This document shows positions 10,173 through 19,420 of a DNA stretch of 64,000 nucleotides, in pieces (the stretch's first letter is position 1; the number at the start of each line of letters is the position of its first letter). The stretch is from positions 1 to 64,000 of IMG/VR virus record IMGVR_UViG_3300025870_000008. One strand, written 5' to 3'. The stretch is from a virus. The translations under genes were made by a program, and so were the position numbers. Under the pieces are notes generated by a model. It saw only the letters and a list, made by a program, of their open reading frames with translations, did not search any database and was not told the DNA's origin.

Positions 10173-10364
10173 ATGATTCTAATTAAATTTATAAAAAAAA
10201 TATTTTATTATTCTTTATCTTTGTTTCTATTATTTTATGCTAGCTTATTAGCTAAAGAATGGTTAATACCATGGTATCTAAATGCATATGATAAAGAAGC
10301 CTCCTGGGAAAATATGTATGAAGATAATAATAACTTACTTCCCAACCCTGTATATAATAAATAA
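10173..10364 (+). CDS. small membrane protein
   Basis: hydrophobic N-terminal helix. Confidence 0.5.
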   Translation: MILIKFIKKIFYYSLSLFLLFYASLLAKEWLIPWYLNAYDKEASWENMYEDNNNLLPNPVYNK

Positions 10365-10490
10365 CAGTATATAGAAATATACAATAGAGTATAATACAAA
10401 TAAAAACAATTCAAATAAAATAATAAATAAACTAAATAAATTTAAAATATATTTATAATGTAGTATCATAATGTCATATACTAGGCCCCC

Positions 10491-10563
10491 TAAGTCCTTA
10501 AGTATCAAGCACTTACGGCGGGCCGCCGCCATGCTATCTAAGTGTTTGGTATTCAGGCATTTA
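10491..10563. repeat. double-palindrome module copy 1
   Basis: TAAGTCCTTAAGTATCAAGCACTTA-23bp-TAAGTGTTTGGTATTCAGGCATTTA. Confidence 0.95.
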
Positions 10564-10625
10564 GGCGATAAAAATTATTTAACTTTTTTCTTGCTATAAC
10601 TAACAAACCGCCTTATTGTAGTTAT

Positions 10626-11027
10626 ATGATTAAGAGAAACCAACACGACCCACGATACATCATCAAGAAGAATCGTCCCGTATATGTTTACAAGAATCTA
10701 CACAAAGATTGTTGGAGCATCAAGCAACATGGTTTAGTTAAGGCTCATATTCCCAGGGGAGAAAGTATTGGGCTTTGGGATTGCTATTTTCATGTTGACA
10801 TCAAGGGTAGAGAAAAGGTTCTTCGTGAGAAGCGTAAGAATGTTCATGCTTTTGTTAAGGGTTATCTTCAGGATGCTGAGAACGTTAACATAGATAAGCC
10901 CGCCACAGAGGTAACCTATAACCCATATAAGTATGAAACTTTTGTTGACAAGAACACCGAGAAGTTTGTATACTATGCAGATGAAGTTTTATTATCACAC
11001 AACCAAGTAACCGCCTATATACCATGA
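10626..11027 (+). CDS. conserved hypothetical phage protein
   Basis: VYKNLH..CWS and REKVLREKRKNVHAFV motifs resemble a common uncharacterised phage family. Confidence 0.8.
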   Translation: MIKRNQHDPRYIIKKNRPVYVYKNLHKDCWSIKQHGLVKAHIPRGESIGLWDCYFHVDIKGREKVLREKRKNVHAFVKGYLQDAENVNIDKPATEVTYNPYKYETFVDKNTEKFVYYADEVLLSHNQVTAYIP

Positions 11028-11221
11028 GAATAGAAGAAAGAATGATAGATTATGCCCAAAAGTGGTATAAAGTGAACGACTTAGAGACAGAGAAAAAGAA
11101 CGGATCCGATCTTTATCTTCGTGTCAATGACAATGTATTTACTGAAGTCTCACACTGTGACATCAGACAAAAAGCCATTTTATGGTTGCAATCAGAACTA
11201 GAAGGAGTAATGTATAGTTAA
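11024..11221 (+). CDS. hypothetical protein
   Basis: ATGA-coupled ORF. Confidence 0.65.
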   Translation: MRIEERMIDYAQKWYKVNDLETEKKNGSDLYLRVNDNVFTEVSHCDIRQKAILWLQSELEGVMYS

Positions 11222-11425
11222 ATGAAAGAAGAATTAAAAGCAATTAGATGTGCCATTGACGGAGTCGCTGACGAGATTTTAGAAGATCGTAGACATGCAA
11301 ACATGGGAGACCTCGTCAAGGCAATGGAGAATATCAGCAGTACTCTCTGCACTATCAGCTATGACTTAAAAGATTTAGTTGAAGCAAAAAAGTTTCAGAA
11401 TGAATTAACGACAGCCTTAAGATAG
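11222..11425 (+). CDS. hypothetical protein
   Basis: abuts previous stop; ends 5 nt before module 2. Confidence 0.65.
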   Translation: MKEELKAIRCAIDGVADEILEDRRHANMGDLVKAMENISSTLCTISYDLKDLVEAKKFQNELTTALR

Positions 11426-11430
11426 TTTTG

Positions 11431-11503
11431 TAAGTCGCTCACTCTTAACCACTTAGGGTGAGCGGCGGCAATTTGCCTTAAGTGCTTAGTGTACAAAGAC
11501 TTA
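11431..11503. repeat. double-palindrome module copy 2
   Basis: TAAGTCGCTCACTCTTAACCACTTA-23bp-TAAGTGCTTAGTGTACAAAGACTTA. Confidence 0.95.
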
Positions 11504-11565
11504 TGGAAGTAAAATTAATTAGCTTTTTTCTTGTGTTATTTTGGAAACGGGTTTAGTATTATATT

Positions 11566-11730
11566 ATGAATACGATTGATATAACTCCTACATGGTCAGC
11601 GCTCGTTCCTATTATGATCGAGGTGTTGAAAAACCCAAAAGCTAACAAAACAGCAAAAGCGGAAGTAACACAAGAATTACTTCGCCTCGCAAAGATCGTA
11701 GACGACCAAAACAAAAAAGTCGTCAAATGA
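11566..11730 (+). CDS. hypothetical protein (54 aa, not in ORF track)
   Basis: MNTIDITPTWSALVPIMIEVLKNP...; TTGTGT-17-TAGTAT-6-ATG. Confidence 0.7.
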   Translation: MNTIDITPTWSALVPIMIEVLKNPKANKTAKAEVTQELLRLAKIVDDQNKKVVK

Positions 11731-11766
11731 TTTGACACCAACCCGTAATTAGTATAGTTTAGTATT

Positions 11767-11991
11767 ATGACACAAGACAAGATATTACAAACCATTCGTC
11801 AAATTTGCGAAGGCAACATGAGGTATGCCGATGCCATGGATCGAGTCAATCTCGAACGCGGCAAAGAACTTGGCGTAGATGGATTCACTGTTCAATCGGC
11901 TGAAGAAGCTCTTGCGGATCTCATTTGCTCTCTACAAGACTTTGAACACGAACTATGTATCAATGGCTCAATGGAGGGGGCATCATTATGA
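11767..11991 (+). CDS. hypothetical protein
   Basis: TTGACA-17-TAGTTT-6-ATG. Confidence 0.7.
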   Translation: MTQDKILQTIRQICEGNMRYADAMDRVNLERGKELGVDGFTVQSAEEALADLICSLQDFEHELCINGSMEGASL

Positions 11992-12194
11992 TAGTATTAG
12001 ATACACCAACACAAATCGAGGCATTTAGACTTCGTACATTACTCAAAGGCTTAAAACTTGAAACCATGGGCATGAAGATGTCGAGAGGTGCAAGTTGTTA
12101 TCAAATTGTCAAAGAAGATTTTGGCTTCAAAGGTAACAAGCAAAAAGTCTACGAACAATTCAAAGAATTATTAAAAAAGGAGAAATTAGCATGA
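11988..12194 (+). CDS. hypothetical phage protein
   Basis: ATG at 11988 with GGAGG RBS and ATGA overlap. Confidence 0.7.
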   Translation: MIVLDTPTQIEAFRLRTLLKGLKLETMGMKMSRGASCYQIVKEDFGFKGNKQKVYEQFKELLKKEKLA

Positions 12195-12391
12195 CACAAG
12201 CACAAGTAGAATCACGAGTAGAATCTTGGAATTGGAACATGAACATATTTGAAATTTATGATGAACTTAGAGATAATCACACCTCACAACAACAAGAACA
12301 ATTACTCACACATGCTTACAAATTTTTTAATAAAGATTCTAACATTTTAGAGCTTGCAAACCACTTCGGAATATATAGTATAGAAGAATGA
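12191..12391 (+). CDS. hypothetical protein
   Basis: ATGA-coupled, AGGAG RBS. Confidence 0.7.
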   Translation: MTQAQVESRVESWNWNMNIFEIYDELRDNHTSQQQEQLLTHAYKFFNKDSNILELANHFGIYSIEE

Positions 12392-12645
12392 AAAACAATT
12401 ATATAGAAGCAACCTGCATCGGCAGACCACTAGACTTACCAACTTGGGACGAACCAAGCGAGCTTTGGGAACTTTTCTTTGAAGAATCTCCAACCCCTTA
12501 TCATCCTTATGAGGATAGAGATATTATTTCCGTAAGTTTTGAATCGGCACAAGAGGTGACTAATGCTTACAATTATTACAACCAAAACCCATCCAAAGGA
12601 GGTGCATATGAAGAGTCTATTGAAGAAAATTTATCATTGGTTTAA
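12388..12645 (+). CDS. hypothetical acidic protein
   Basis: ATGA-coupled ORF. Confidence 0.65.
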   Translation: MKNNYIEATCIGRPLDLPTWDEPSELWELFFEESPTPYHPYEDRDIISVSFESAQEVTNAYNYYNQNPSKGGAYEESIEENLSLV

Positions 12646-12841
12646 TCCGATATACAAAATTGTTTATAAAACAATGGACGGGCGAATAGAAATGTACACT
12701 ATAGAACAACCTCGCCACCGCCACGAATTTGGCAATATGAAAGAAGGGAAATCCGTGGTGGGTTTTCGATCATTTTGCATCAATCGTGATGCCGTACGTT
12801 CATTTCGTTACGATAGAATCGTCTCACTTAACAAAATTTAA
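12608..12841 (+). CDS. hypothetical protein, possible WYL/SH3-like C-terminus
   Basis: ATG at 12608 after GGAGGT; C-terminal RDAVRSFRYDRI resembles WYL-type motif. Confidence 0.6.
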   Translation: MKSLLKKIYHWFNPIYKIVYKTMDGRIEMYTIEQPRHRHEFGNMKEGKSVVGFRSFCINRDAVRSFRYDRIVSLNKI

Positions 12842-12842
12842 T

Positions 12843-13001
12843 ATGAAACAAAAAACGGAACAATTAACCCTTCCTGAAATAGTCCGCAGATTAGGACATA
12901 TGCTCGCTCAAAGAGAGCGACGTGGAGATAGCTCACAAGATTATCTTGAAAGAAAAAAGATGCACGATAATTTATTGAGAAAGCTTTATAAGAGCTCCTA
13001 A
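12843..13001 (+). CDS. hypothetical protein
   Basis: ATG at 12843; TAA stop is the first 3 nt of module 3. Confidence 0.6.
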   Translation: MKQKTEQLTLPEIVRRLGHMLAQRERRGDSSQDYLERKKMHDNLLRKLYKSS

Positions 13002-13071
13002 GTCATTGATGGTTAAGCACTTAGGTGCTTGGCCCGCCGCGCGCTCTAAGTGTTTGATATTCAGTGGTTTA
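12999..13071. repeat. double-palindrome module copy 3
   Basis: TAAGTCATTGATGGTTAAGCACTTA-23bp-TAAGTGTTTGATATTCAGTGGTTTA. Confidence 0.95.
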
Positions 13072-13133
13072 GGTAAGTAAAATTAATTCTTTTTTTTCTT
13101 GTGTTATTTTGTTTTTTGGATTACTATATATAT

Positions 13134-13250
13134 ATGAAAGCAAGAGAATTAAAAGTAAGAAAACCAATCCTTTTTACCAAATCGCGTCCACACAAGGTGA
13201 GCGTCAAAACAATCCACAGAAAACTCAAACACAAGGAGGCATTAGCATGA
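13134..13250 (+). CDS. small basic peptide (38 aa, not in track)
   Basis: MKARELKVRKPILFTKSRPHKVSVKTIHRKLKHKEALA; follows module-linked promoter; ATGA overlap with next gene. Confidence 0.55.
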   Translation: MKARELKVRKPILFTKSRPHKVSVKTIHRKLKHKEALA

Positions 13251-13486
13251 ACATCAATCCCGAATTTAATTCCAAAGAAACCCCGTCTGCCGTTGGAGCA
13301 ATGCAAACATCTATGCAATGGTTATGGGAGAATTTTGTCGAGCCTCGTAAGCATGAACTTGATGGCGATGATACCGATATGCTTGCAATGGTTGGTTCAG
13401 TTTTGCTAGACATCGCAAGCGATGCCGAAGCATACCATGAAGTTCAAGGGGAAAAATTTATCGAAAGTCCATATTCTCGCAATTAA
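13247..13486 (+). CDS. hypothetical protein
   Basis: ATG at 13247 with AGGAGG RBS. Confidence 0.7.
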   Translation: MNINPEFNSKETPSAVGAMQTSMQWLWENFVEPRKHELDGDDTDMLAMVGSVLLDIASDAEAYHEVQGEKFIESPYSRN

Positions 13487-13524
13487 CTCTTGACAAAAAC
13501 AATCACTACTATATTATAGACATT

Positions 13525-14394
13525 ATGAATAACGAAGAAAATACCACTATCGCTCCTCGCAAATCCGTTAACCTTAACATCTGCGGAGGTAATCACTCAC
13601 TTGTACCACTTGAAGAAATCGCTAATGTGCCAACTCCGCCCGTAGAGTATCGCCAAAAAGAAAATGCTAATGGCGAGCGCACAGTTTCTTATCAACCAAT
13701 CGCTCACCATGAATTGGTGAATCGTACCAAGGGATTCCTTGCGGGTAATGGTTTCACCATTCAAGATGAAGTTCACTCGCTCGCTCGCAACAACAACCAT
13801 TATTTTGGATTGTTCTCTGTTGAGCATCCTAATCGTGAAGCTACTGATCGTGGAACTGTTGTGGGTATTCGCAACTCTCACGACAAAACTTTTCCTGCGG
13901 GATTGTGTGCGGGTGATGCCCCATTCGTTTGCGACAATCTTATTTTTACAAACACGATCAAACTTGCGCGTCGTCACACTCGCAACATTTTGAACGATTT
14001 AGATTTTACTATCAACCGCGCTCTTGGTAAGTTGTTTGGCTTTTGGCATGGTCAAGATGCTCGCATCGAAGCATACAAAAATCGCTCTATCGGGAATGTA
14101 TATGCTAACGATTTGATTGTCAAAGCTGCGCAGGTAGGAGCGCTTCCCAAATCAAAAATCATTGATGTTGTCAATCAATGGGAATCTTCCGATCATCCCG
14201 AATTTCATTCTCGTGATGTGAACTCTCTTTATAATGCTTTCACCGAAGTATATAAAGGTAACTTAACTCAACTTCCAAATCGTTCGGAGGCTTTACATTC
14301 GGTGCTAGATGGTTATGTCGATTTTAATATCGACTCTCACGTTGACAATGTTTTAGATATGGAGGTAGTCGAAGGCGAATTGGTAGAGGTGTAA
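13525..14394 (+). CDS. DUF932-family phage/plasmid protein
   Basis: YQPIAH, IRNSHDK, FVCDNL, RRHT and SLYNAFTE motifs. Confidence 0.8.
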   Translation: MNNEENTTIAPRKSVNLNICGGNHSLVPLEEIANVPTPPVEYRQKENANGERTVSYQPIAHHELVNRTKGFLAGNGFTIQDEVHSLARNNNHYFGLFSVEHPNREATDRGTVVGIRNSHDKTFPAGLCAGDAPFVCDNLIFTNTIKLARRHTRNILNDLDFTINRALGKLFGFWHGQDARIEAYKNRSIGNVYANDLIVKAAQVGALPKSKIIDVVNQWESSDHPEFHSRDVNSLYNAFTEVYKGNLTQLPNRSEALHSVLDGYVDFNIDSHVDNVLDMEVVEGELVEV

Positions 14395-14414
14395 ATAACC
14401 TCATTTGTGTAGCT

Positions 14415-14444
14415 AACCCCACCCTTTCGGGTGGGGTTTTTTTT
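14415..14444 (+). terminator. rho-independent terminator
   Basis: AACCCCACC-TTTCG-GGTGGGGTT followed by T-tract. Confidence 0.9.
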
Positions 14445-14463
14445 GGCTTGGATTGTTGTTTCA

Positions 14464-14536
14464 CAAGTGATTGATTATCAAGCACTTAGAGGGCGCCGCC
14501 GTCACGCGACTTAACTGCTTGGCGGATAACGACTTA
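14464..14536. repeat. double-palindrome module copy 4
   Basis: CAAGTGATTGATTATCAAGCACTTA-23bp-TAACTGCTTGGCGGATAACGACTTA. Confidence 0.95.
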
Positions 14537-14643
14537 CGAAAGCGAAATTAATTCACTTTTTCCTTGTGTTTATTTAGCCTACGCCTTATTGTTTATGTAT
14601 AAAGATTATTAAACCTAAACAATCACAATCACAATCACACATT

Positions 14644-15651
14644 ATGAAAGTTAAAGCGAGTAACAAACCAAAACTCAACTCTAAATCAGCTTCTGTTATA
14701 AAATTACAAAACTTAAGGAGTAAATTTGCTCAAAAACTTACAGAGGATGAATCTCTAATTATTTCCCTACAATTCGACGCAGAGTTCAAGAGGGATAATT
14801 TCGAGCATAAAGTGGTCGCTCTTACTGCTGATGATCTACCTTTAATTAATTACATGAGGTCTGAAAAAATTAACAACAACAACAGAAGTAAAGATGTTGA
14901 TAATGTCAAAAGGTTATTTCGTTGCCTCAAGGGAGAGGCATGGCATTACGAAACGGACGATATTAAAATTTGCTCCAATGGTTACCTATTAAATGGTCAG
15001 CACACATTGGAAGCTATATCTCAATATTTTAATGATGCTAGCACGTCGGAGGGAACAGAAGTTCTTTTAGGTTTCAAGTTGGGTGTTAGCGCGGGGGCGA
15101 TGCCTTATTTCGACACCCAAAAGAAAAGAAGTCCCGAGCAAAACCTTAAAATTAAGGGTGTTGCTCTCAACCCAATACAAAAGCAAATTGTTTTAGCTGA
15201 GGGCAGATATTCTATACTTGGCAACCCCTTTCCTCAAAGAGGTCAAATTAACTACTTTGAATATGAAAATGTAATTAAAGCCAATCAAGGTATACTAGAT
15301 AGAGTTTTTGATGCGATAAGTTTATCGACAGATTTTCCATGCAAAGCTATTGGCTACGCCTTATTCTTATTAGCTAAAAAAAACGAAGAGCTTGCTCAAG
15401 AGATAATGGACGATATTAGAGAACAACACTCTGAAGCGTTAAAAGACGGATCGATAAAATCTAGGTATAAAGTAAATTTAGGTCAAGAACATAGCTTGGT
15501 AGAACTCTTTCGAGAAGAAAAGCATCTCAAAATGTCCCATATGACAAGTAAGACATCTAGAGATTGTTATCGACAAGAAGAGTTCTTTCCTATTGCGGTG
15601 AATTGGTTGCTTGAAAACTACAAAATTGACAGAAAGACGTTTTCCCTATGA
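14644..15651 (+). CDS. ParB/DGQHR-like N-terminal domain protein
   Basis: NNNR, W..TDDIKI..NGYLLNGQHTLEAI (variant of DGQHR), FD..KKRS. Confidence 0.65.
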   Translation: MKVKASNKPKLNSKSASVIKLQNLRSKFAQKLTEDESLIISLQFDAEFKRDNFEHKVVALTADDLPLINYMRSEKINNNNRSKDVDNVKRLFRCLKGEAWHYETDDIKICSNGYLLNGQHTLEAISQYFNDASTSEGTEVLLGFKLGVSAGAMPYFDTQKKRSPEQNLKIKGVALNPIQKQIVLAEGRYSILGNPFPQRGQINYFEYENVIKANQGILDRVFDAISLSTDFPCKAIGYALFLLAKKNEELAQEIMDDIREQHSEALKDGSIKSRYKVNLGQEHSLVELFREEKHLKMSHMTSKTSRDCYRQEEFFPIAVNWLLENYKIDRKTFSL

Positions 15652-15986
15652 GTTGTTACATTAAACAAGCGATCACTTATTCAAAAGCGCTAGCGTACTA
15701 CATTGGCAACACTAGGCGATGTGCGGAAATTGAGAGGGGTGACCCTAAAAACCAACTAATCTCTAATTTTGAAAAAGAACATGGTAAAATATTTTGGAAG
15801 CTTGTGTTAGTAATCTCCGAAAATGAAACTCATCCCGAATTCGGGGAGTCTTTTTTAATCAATTGTTTCAAGCAAAAATTAAATCAACTTACTTTACTCA
15901 ATAAAAACATACCAAATATTATGGCTCTTACTTATGATAAAAAATCAGAGTCTATTATTGACAAATTTTCTAGATTGATTGTTTAG
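15648..15986 (+). CDS. hypothetical protein, possibly GIY-YIG-like
   Basis: YYIGNTRR...ESFLI...LLN pattern; weak. Confidence 0.45.
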   Translation: MSCYIKQAITYSKALAYYIGNTRRCAEIERGDPKNQLISNFEKEHGKIFWKLVLVISENETHPEFGESFLINCFKQKLNQLTLLNKNIPNIMALTYDKKSESIIDKFSRLIV

Positions 15987-15998
15987 GTTTAAACTGCG

Positions 15999-16071
15999 TA
16001 AGTTGCTGGTCTTCAGTGACTTACGTCAGTCTGCCGCCGCGCCGCTTAACTGCTTGATAAGCAACAACTTA
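15999..16071. repeat. double-palindrome module copy 5
   Basis: TAAGTTGCTGGTCTTCAGTGACTTA-23bp-TAACTGCTTGATAAGCAACAACTTA. Confidence 0.95.
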
Positions 16072-16133
16072 CGAAAGTAAATTTAATTCACTTTTTTCTT
16101 GTGTTCGGTTGGGTTTGGTAGTACTTTATACTT

Positions 16134-16334
16134 ATGAAAAGAATAATTAAAATCTTAATGGAGCGTGACGGGTTTTCTCATGAAGACGCTGAATTGCAAG
16201 TAAGCGCTTTTTTCTCTGAAATGGCTCTCCACTTAAATCAAGGCGGTGACCCTTTCGAGTGGGAAACTTTATTTGTTGACGAGTTCGGTTTAGAGCCTGA
16301 CTTTTTTGAAGATTTAGTGTTTGCATTACTTTAA
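16134..16334 (+). CDS. conserved hypothetical phage protein
   Basis: ILMERDG...EFGLEPDF motif; TTGTGT-17-TACTTT-6-ATG. Confidence 0.75.
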   Translation: MKRIIKILMERDGFSHEDAELQVSAFFSEMALHLNQGGDPFEWETLFVDEFGLEPDFFEDLVFALL

Positions 16335-16355
16335 AAATTAGTTTACTTTATTATT

Positions 16356-17084
16356 ATGATTAACCTACTATCCAATCCAAGCAAGATGCCTTGCTATTCG
16401 TTCAACATTCCTGCTTTCAAGTATTGCCCTGCCGCGCAGCTATTAGCAAAGATTAAAGAAGCGGGCAAAAAGTTTATTTGTGATTCTTGCTATGCTTGCA
16501 AAGGTTTTTATATGTTTTCCAATGTAAAGGCTAGCTTGCAAGGTAAAGCGGATCTTATCACAAAATCTTTACATCAAGACAACGGGCAAACCTTTATTGA
16601 CGCAATGTGCAAGCAAATTCGCGCAAAGTATTTTGACAAGCACGGCAACAAGAAAAAGCTTAAAAAGACCAACACCGATTTATTTCGCGTTCATGATTCG
16701 GGCGACCTCTTTTCCCCTAAGTATATTGCCGCGTGGGTTAAGATTTGCGAGCAATTCCCAACTATTAAATTTTGGTTTCCAACTAGGGAATGGAAGCGTG
16801 ACTCTCAACTTCCACACTTGCAAAAGTTAGCTAGTCTCAAAAACGTTTGCATTAAGCCAAGCGCTATTTATGTTGACGAGACAGCCCCTCAAGTGGACGG
16901 ACTTGACGCGGGAACTTCAGTTTATACTAGCAAAGAGAAAGCCGAGCAAGACGGACATTTTGTTTGCCCCGCAACTTATGTAAAGGGCGAGGACGGCAAG
17001 ATTCTTGCAACTTGTCAAGCCCATAATTGCAATCTTTGTTTCATTAAGGGTTGCAAGAAAGGTATTGCATATTTAGCTCATTAA
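16356..17084 (+). CDS. GP88-like Cys-rich phage protein
   Basis: SKMP, CP, CDSCYA, FRVHDSGD, WFPTRE and C-terminal Cys cluster. Confidence 0.75.
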   Translation: MINLLSNPSKMPCYSFNIPAFKYCPAAQLLAKIKEAGKKFICDSCYACKGFYMFSNVKASLQGKADLITKSLHQDNGQTFIDAMCKQIRAKYFDKHGNKKKLKKTNTDLFRVHDSGDLFSPKYIAAWVKICEQFPTIKFWFPTREWKRDSQLPHLQKLASLKNVCIKPSAIYVDETAPQVDGLDAGTSVYTSKEKAEQDGHFVCPATYVKGEDGKILATCQAHNCNLCFIKGCKKGIAYLAH

Positions 17085-17099
17085 ACTATACTTAAAACC

Positions 17100-17309
17100 A
17101 TGAAGACAGAAAATTACCAACTATTATTCGAGAGCGGGGATACTTATTACGATTCAGCCTATGGAGTTGATATTGACCAAGACCGAGCAATTCAGGAGTT
17201 GAAAGCTCACGGGGTTGATTTAGAAAAAGAATTGCAAAATTTTTATGATGATTTAGGCGACAAAGAAGGGTACGCAGCGCAAGACGTCTTAGAGTGGTTA
17301 GGGTACTGA
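17100..17309 (+). CDS. hypothetical acidic protein
   Basis: ends 2 nt before module 6. Confidence 0.7.
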   Translation: MKTENYQLLFESGDTYYDSAYGVDIDQDRAIQELKAHGVDLEKELQNFYDDLGDKEGYAAQDVLEWLGY

Positions 17310-17311
17310 CA

Positions 17312-17384
17312 TAAGTACCTAACCACCAAGCACTTAGAGAGCGCGGCGGCGGCGGTGCCTAACTGCTTGATATTCAACGATTTA
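17312..17384. repeat. double-palindrome module copy 6
   Basis: TAAGTACCTAACCACCAAGCACTTA-23bp-TAACTGCTTGATATTCAACGATTTA. Confidence 0.95.
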
Positions 17385-17446
17385 AAGAATTAAAATTAAT
17401 TCACTTTTTTCTTGTGTTTATTTGGTGTCGGGGTTATGTTGTTAGT

Positions 17447-17653
17447 ATGAATCATTCAGAAAGCGGAACACGAAAAGTATTAAAACAACTGCGCAAATGC
17501 GCAGAAATTACCGAGATCAAACAAACCGCCAAAGGGCACATGGTTCTCGCTGATAACGGAGCGCAAATTCTTGTTCATTTAAGCGCTCGTGCTTTTCACC
17601 CATTACGTCGTTGGCTCAAAGCTAACACTTCACTAAAATCATTAAAATTCTAA
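17447..17653 (+). CDS. small basic protein, HicA-like fold possible
   Basis: ATG at 17447; helix, KQTAKGHMVL, ILVH, helix pattern. Confidence 0.5.
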   Translation: MNHSESGTRKVLKQLRKCAEITEIKQTAKGHMVLADNGAQILVHLSARAFHPLRRWLKANTSLKSLKF

Positions 17654-17655
17654 TT

Positions 17656-17838
17656 ATGACAGCAAAAGAACTAATCGAACTTATCAATTCAACCCAGGAC
17701 GGAGAGATTTGGCTCTACAGTAGTAAACTTAGAGACCATCTTGCCACAGTCGAGCAAGCATTGGAGGAGGATTTAATCCACTTCATCCGCGCTGACGTAG
17801 GGAACAGCACCACAGAATTCATTCGTGTTTCTATTTGA
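17656..17838 (+). CDS. hypothetical protein
   Basis: 60-aa ORF. Confidence 0.6.
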   Translation: MTAKELIELINSTQDGEIWLYSSKLRDHLATVEQALEEDLIHFIRADVGNSTTEFIRVSI

Positions 17839-17869
17839 CACAGAGCAAAAATTAAACTACTTTATACTT

Positions 17870-18109
17870 ATGACAATTAAAGACAACGGAAAAGAATTCT
17901 ACTTCGAGCGCTTACCTAATGGCTTGCTCAGAACTTATGACTATGAATCAAAGTGGGATATTACATTCCAACGAGTTGACGGAGTATGGGAAGGACACCA
18001 TCGAGGCGACTATATCGGCTACAAAGGCTTACTCAACAAACTCAACTTATTACAACAACAAGTAGATGCAGAAAGAGCATTAGCAAAAGATTTAGCCGAA
18101 GTAGCTTGA
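17870..18109 (+). CDS. hypothetical protein
   Basis: TTGACA-17-TACTTT-6-ATG at 17870. Confidence 0.7.
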   Translation: MTIKDNGKEFYFERLPNGLLRTYDYESKWDITFQRVDGVWEGHHRGDYIGYKGLLNKLNLLQQQVDAERALAKDLAEVA

Positions 18110-18142
18110 CAAACAAAACAAACTAATTTAGTTTATTATTAT

Positions 18143-18529
18143 ATGAAAACATTCGATGATTTAAAATTCACACACCATAAAGATATTCAAAGATGGACTG
18201 CATCGCTTGAGCTTGACAACGGATATTTATTTTCTGTTATTGCGGGCGACAAAGAAGACGATTGGTCTTTACCTTATGGTACTTATCAGAATGAAACTTT
18301 TGAAGTTGCAGTATTTGGTACTCAATTTGACGACAACGGAGACAGAAAGAAAGTTCCTCTTTCTTTACATGATGATGTGCTAGGATGGCAAAAGCCTATT
18401 GACATTTCTAAACTCATGAGGCAATTTCAACTTGACGGAAAAGCTCACGAAGATTTGCTTATAGCAATTCGAGTAGACTTCAATGAAAAACTTGTTTCGC
18501 ATCACGATGACAAACCTTTAGTCATTTAA
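18143..18529 (+). CDS. conserved hypothetical phage protein
   Basis: MKTFDDLKF, NGY..SVI, FEVAV, DDVLGW motifs; own TTGACA promoter. Confidence 0.8.
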   Translation: MKTFDDLKFTHHKDIQRWTASLELDNGYLFSVIAGDKEDDWSLPYGTYQNETFEVAVFGTQFDDNGDRKKVPLSLHDDVLGWQKPIDISKLMRQFQLDGKAHEDLLIAIRVDFNEKLVSHHDDKPLVI

Positions 18530-18565
18530 TTTGACAAACCTTAAAAACTACATTACCTTATTATT

Positions 18566-18832
18566 ATGACATTAACACAAGAACAAAGAATATCGGTTAT
18601 CAAACACGCGCACGAAAATTCTCGTAAAGTTTCTCCGACTCAATCAGTCGAGGATTTTATTGCAGACATCAAGTCAGAGCAAGTTTTGGGCGAGCATGGT
18701 TTAGTAGATGCTCAAGTCCACGACGTGGAGGATGAGATGTCTTTATTCGCTTATAATCCTTGCGCTGAAGATATTGACGAGGAAGAAGATGGCTTTGGAA
18801 TTAGCGATGAAATGAAAGGGCTTTACTCATGA
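18566..18832 (+). CDS. hypothetical acidic protein
   Basis: TTGACA-17-TACCTT-6-ATG. Confidence 0.7.
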   Translation: MTLTQEQRISVIKHAHENSRKVSPTQSVEDFIADIKSEQVLGEHGLVDAQVHDVEDEMSLFAYNPCAEDIDEEEDGFGISDEMKGLYS

Positions 18833-18971
18833 GTTTATTTGCAATCGCTATACTTGCATTAGTTTTATACTTGACAATTCAAGATTAAAACTATAAACAG
18901 CGAAATACCAAATACCCAAATATTTTGTTTGTCGAAGGTGTGATATGCAGTAGTTACTAAAACCCCCGCCC

Positions 18972-19043
18972 TAAGTCTTTGATTATCAAGCACTTAGGCG
19001 GGCGGCTGCCGAAGCACCTAAGTGCTTCAGTATCAACGACTTA
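18972..19043. repeat. double-palindrome module copy 7 (convergent junction)
   Basis: TAAGTCTTTGATTATCAAGCACTTA-22bp-TAAGTGCTTCAGTATCAACGACTTA. Confidence 0.95.
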
Positions 19044-19283
19044 TTAAAAGTCGTATTGGTCGTGATAGCCGTAGTCGATGTCCTCGTAATGGTCTTCCCA
19101 TACGGGGGAATCTTCAGCCTCGTACATTTCAGCGAGAAGAGGTTGCTCCTCAAGGTAGCGCTCTTCCGCAAGGGCTTGGTTTGCTCGAGCAATATCTCTA
19201 TTGATCTCCTGCATTTGGTGGGCTTGCTGGTTTGCAAGGGCGGCGTGATCGTTGCGGTCGAAGTGTGAGTATTTACTAATCAT
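19044..19283 (-). CDS. hypothetical acidic protein
   Basis: ATG at 19283 after TTGCTA-17-TATGTT on minus strand; stop abuts module 7. Confidence 0.7.
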   Translation of the reverse strand: MISKYSHFDRNDHAALANQQAHQMQEINRDIARANQALAEERYLEEQPLLAEMYEAEDSPVWEDHYEDIDYGYHDQYDF

Positions 19284-19347
19284 ATATAAACAACATAAAG
19301 GGAGTGGCAACGGATAGCAAGAAAAAAAGCGATTTATTTTTATTTTT

Positions 19348-19420
19348 TAAATCCTTGGTTATCAAGCACTTAGAGCTCGCGGCGGCGGGCCGATATAACT
19401 CTTTGATTATCAACATTTTA
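19348..19420. repeat. double-palindrome module copy 8 (divergent junction)
   Basis: TAAATCCTTGGTTATCAAGCACTTA-23bp-TAACTCTTTGATTATCAACATTTTA; promoters on both sides. Confidence 0.95.

Noticed and set aside
10335-10532. ORFs reading through modules (also 18986..19237, 19304..19486, 20101..20295, 21471..21656)
   Set aside because: They span the palindromes or overlap better-supported genes, and their shared KSLIIKHL-like peptides are translations of the repeat.
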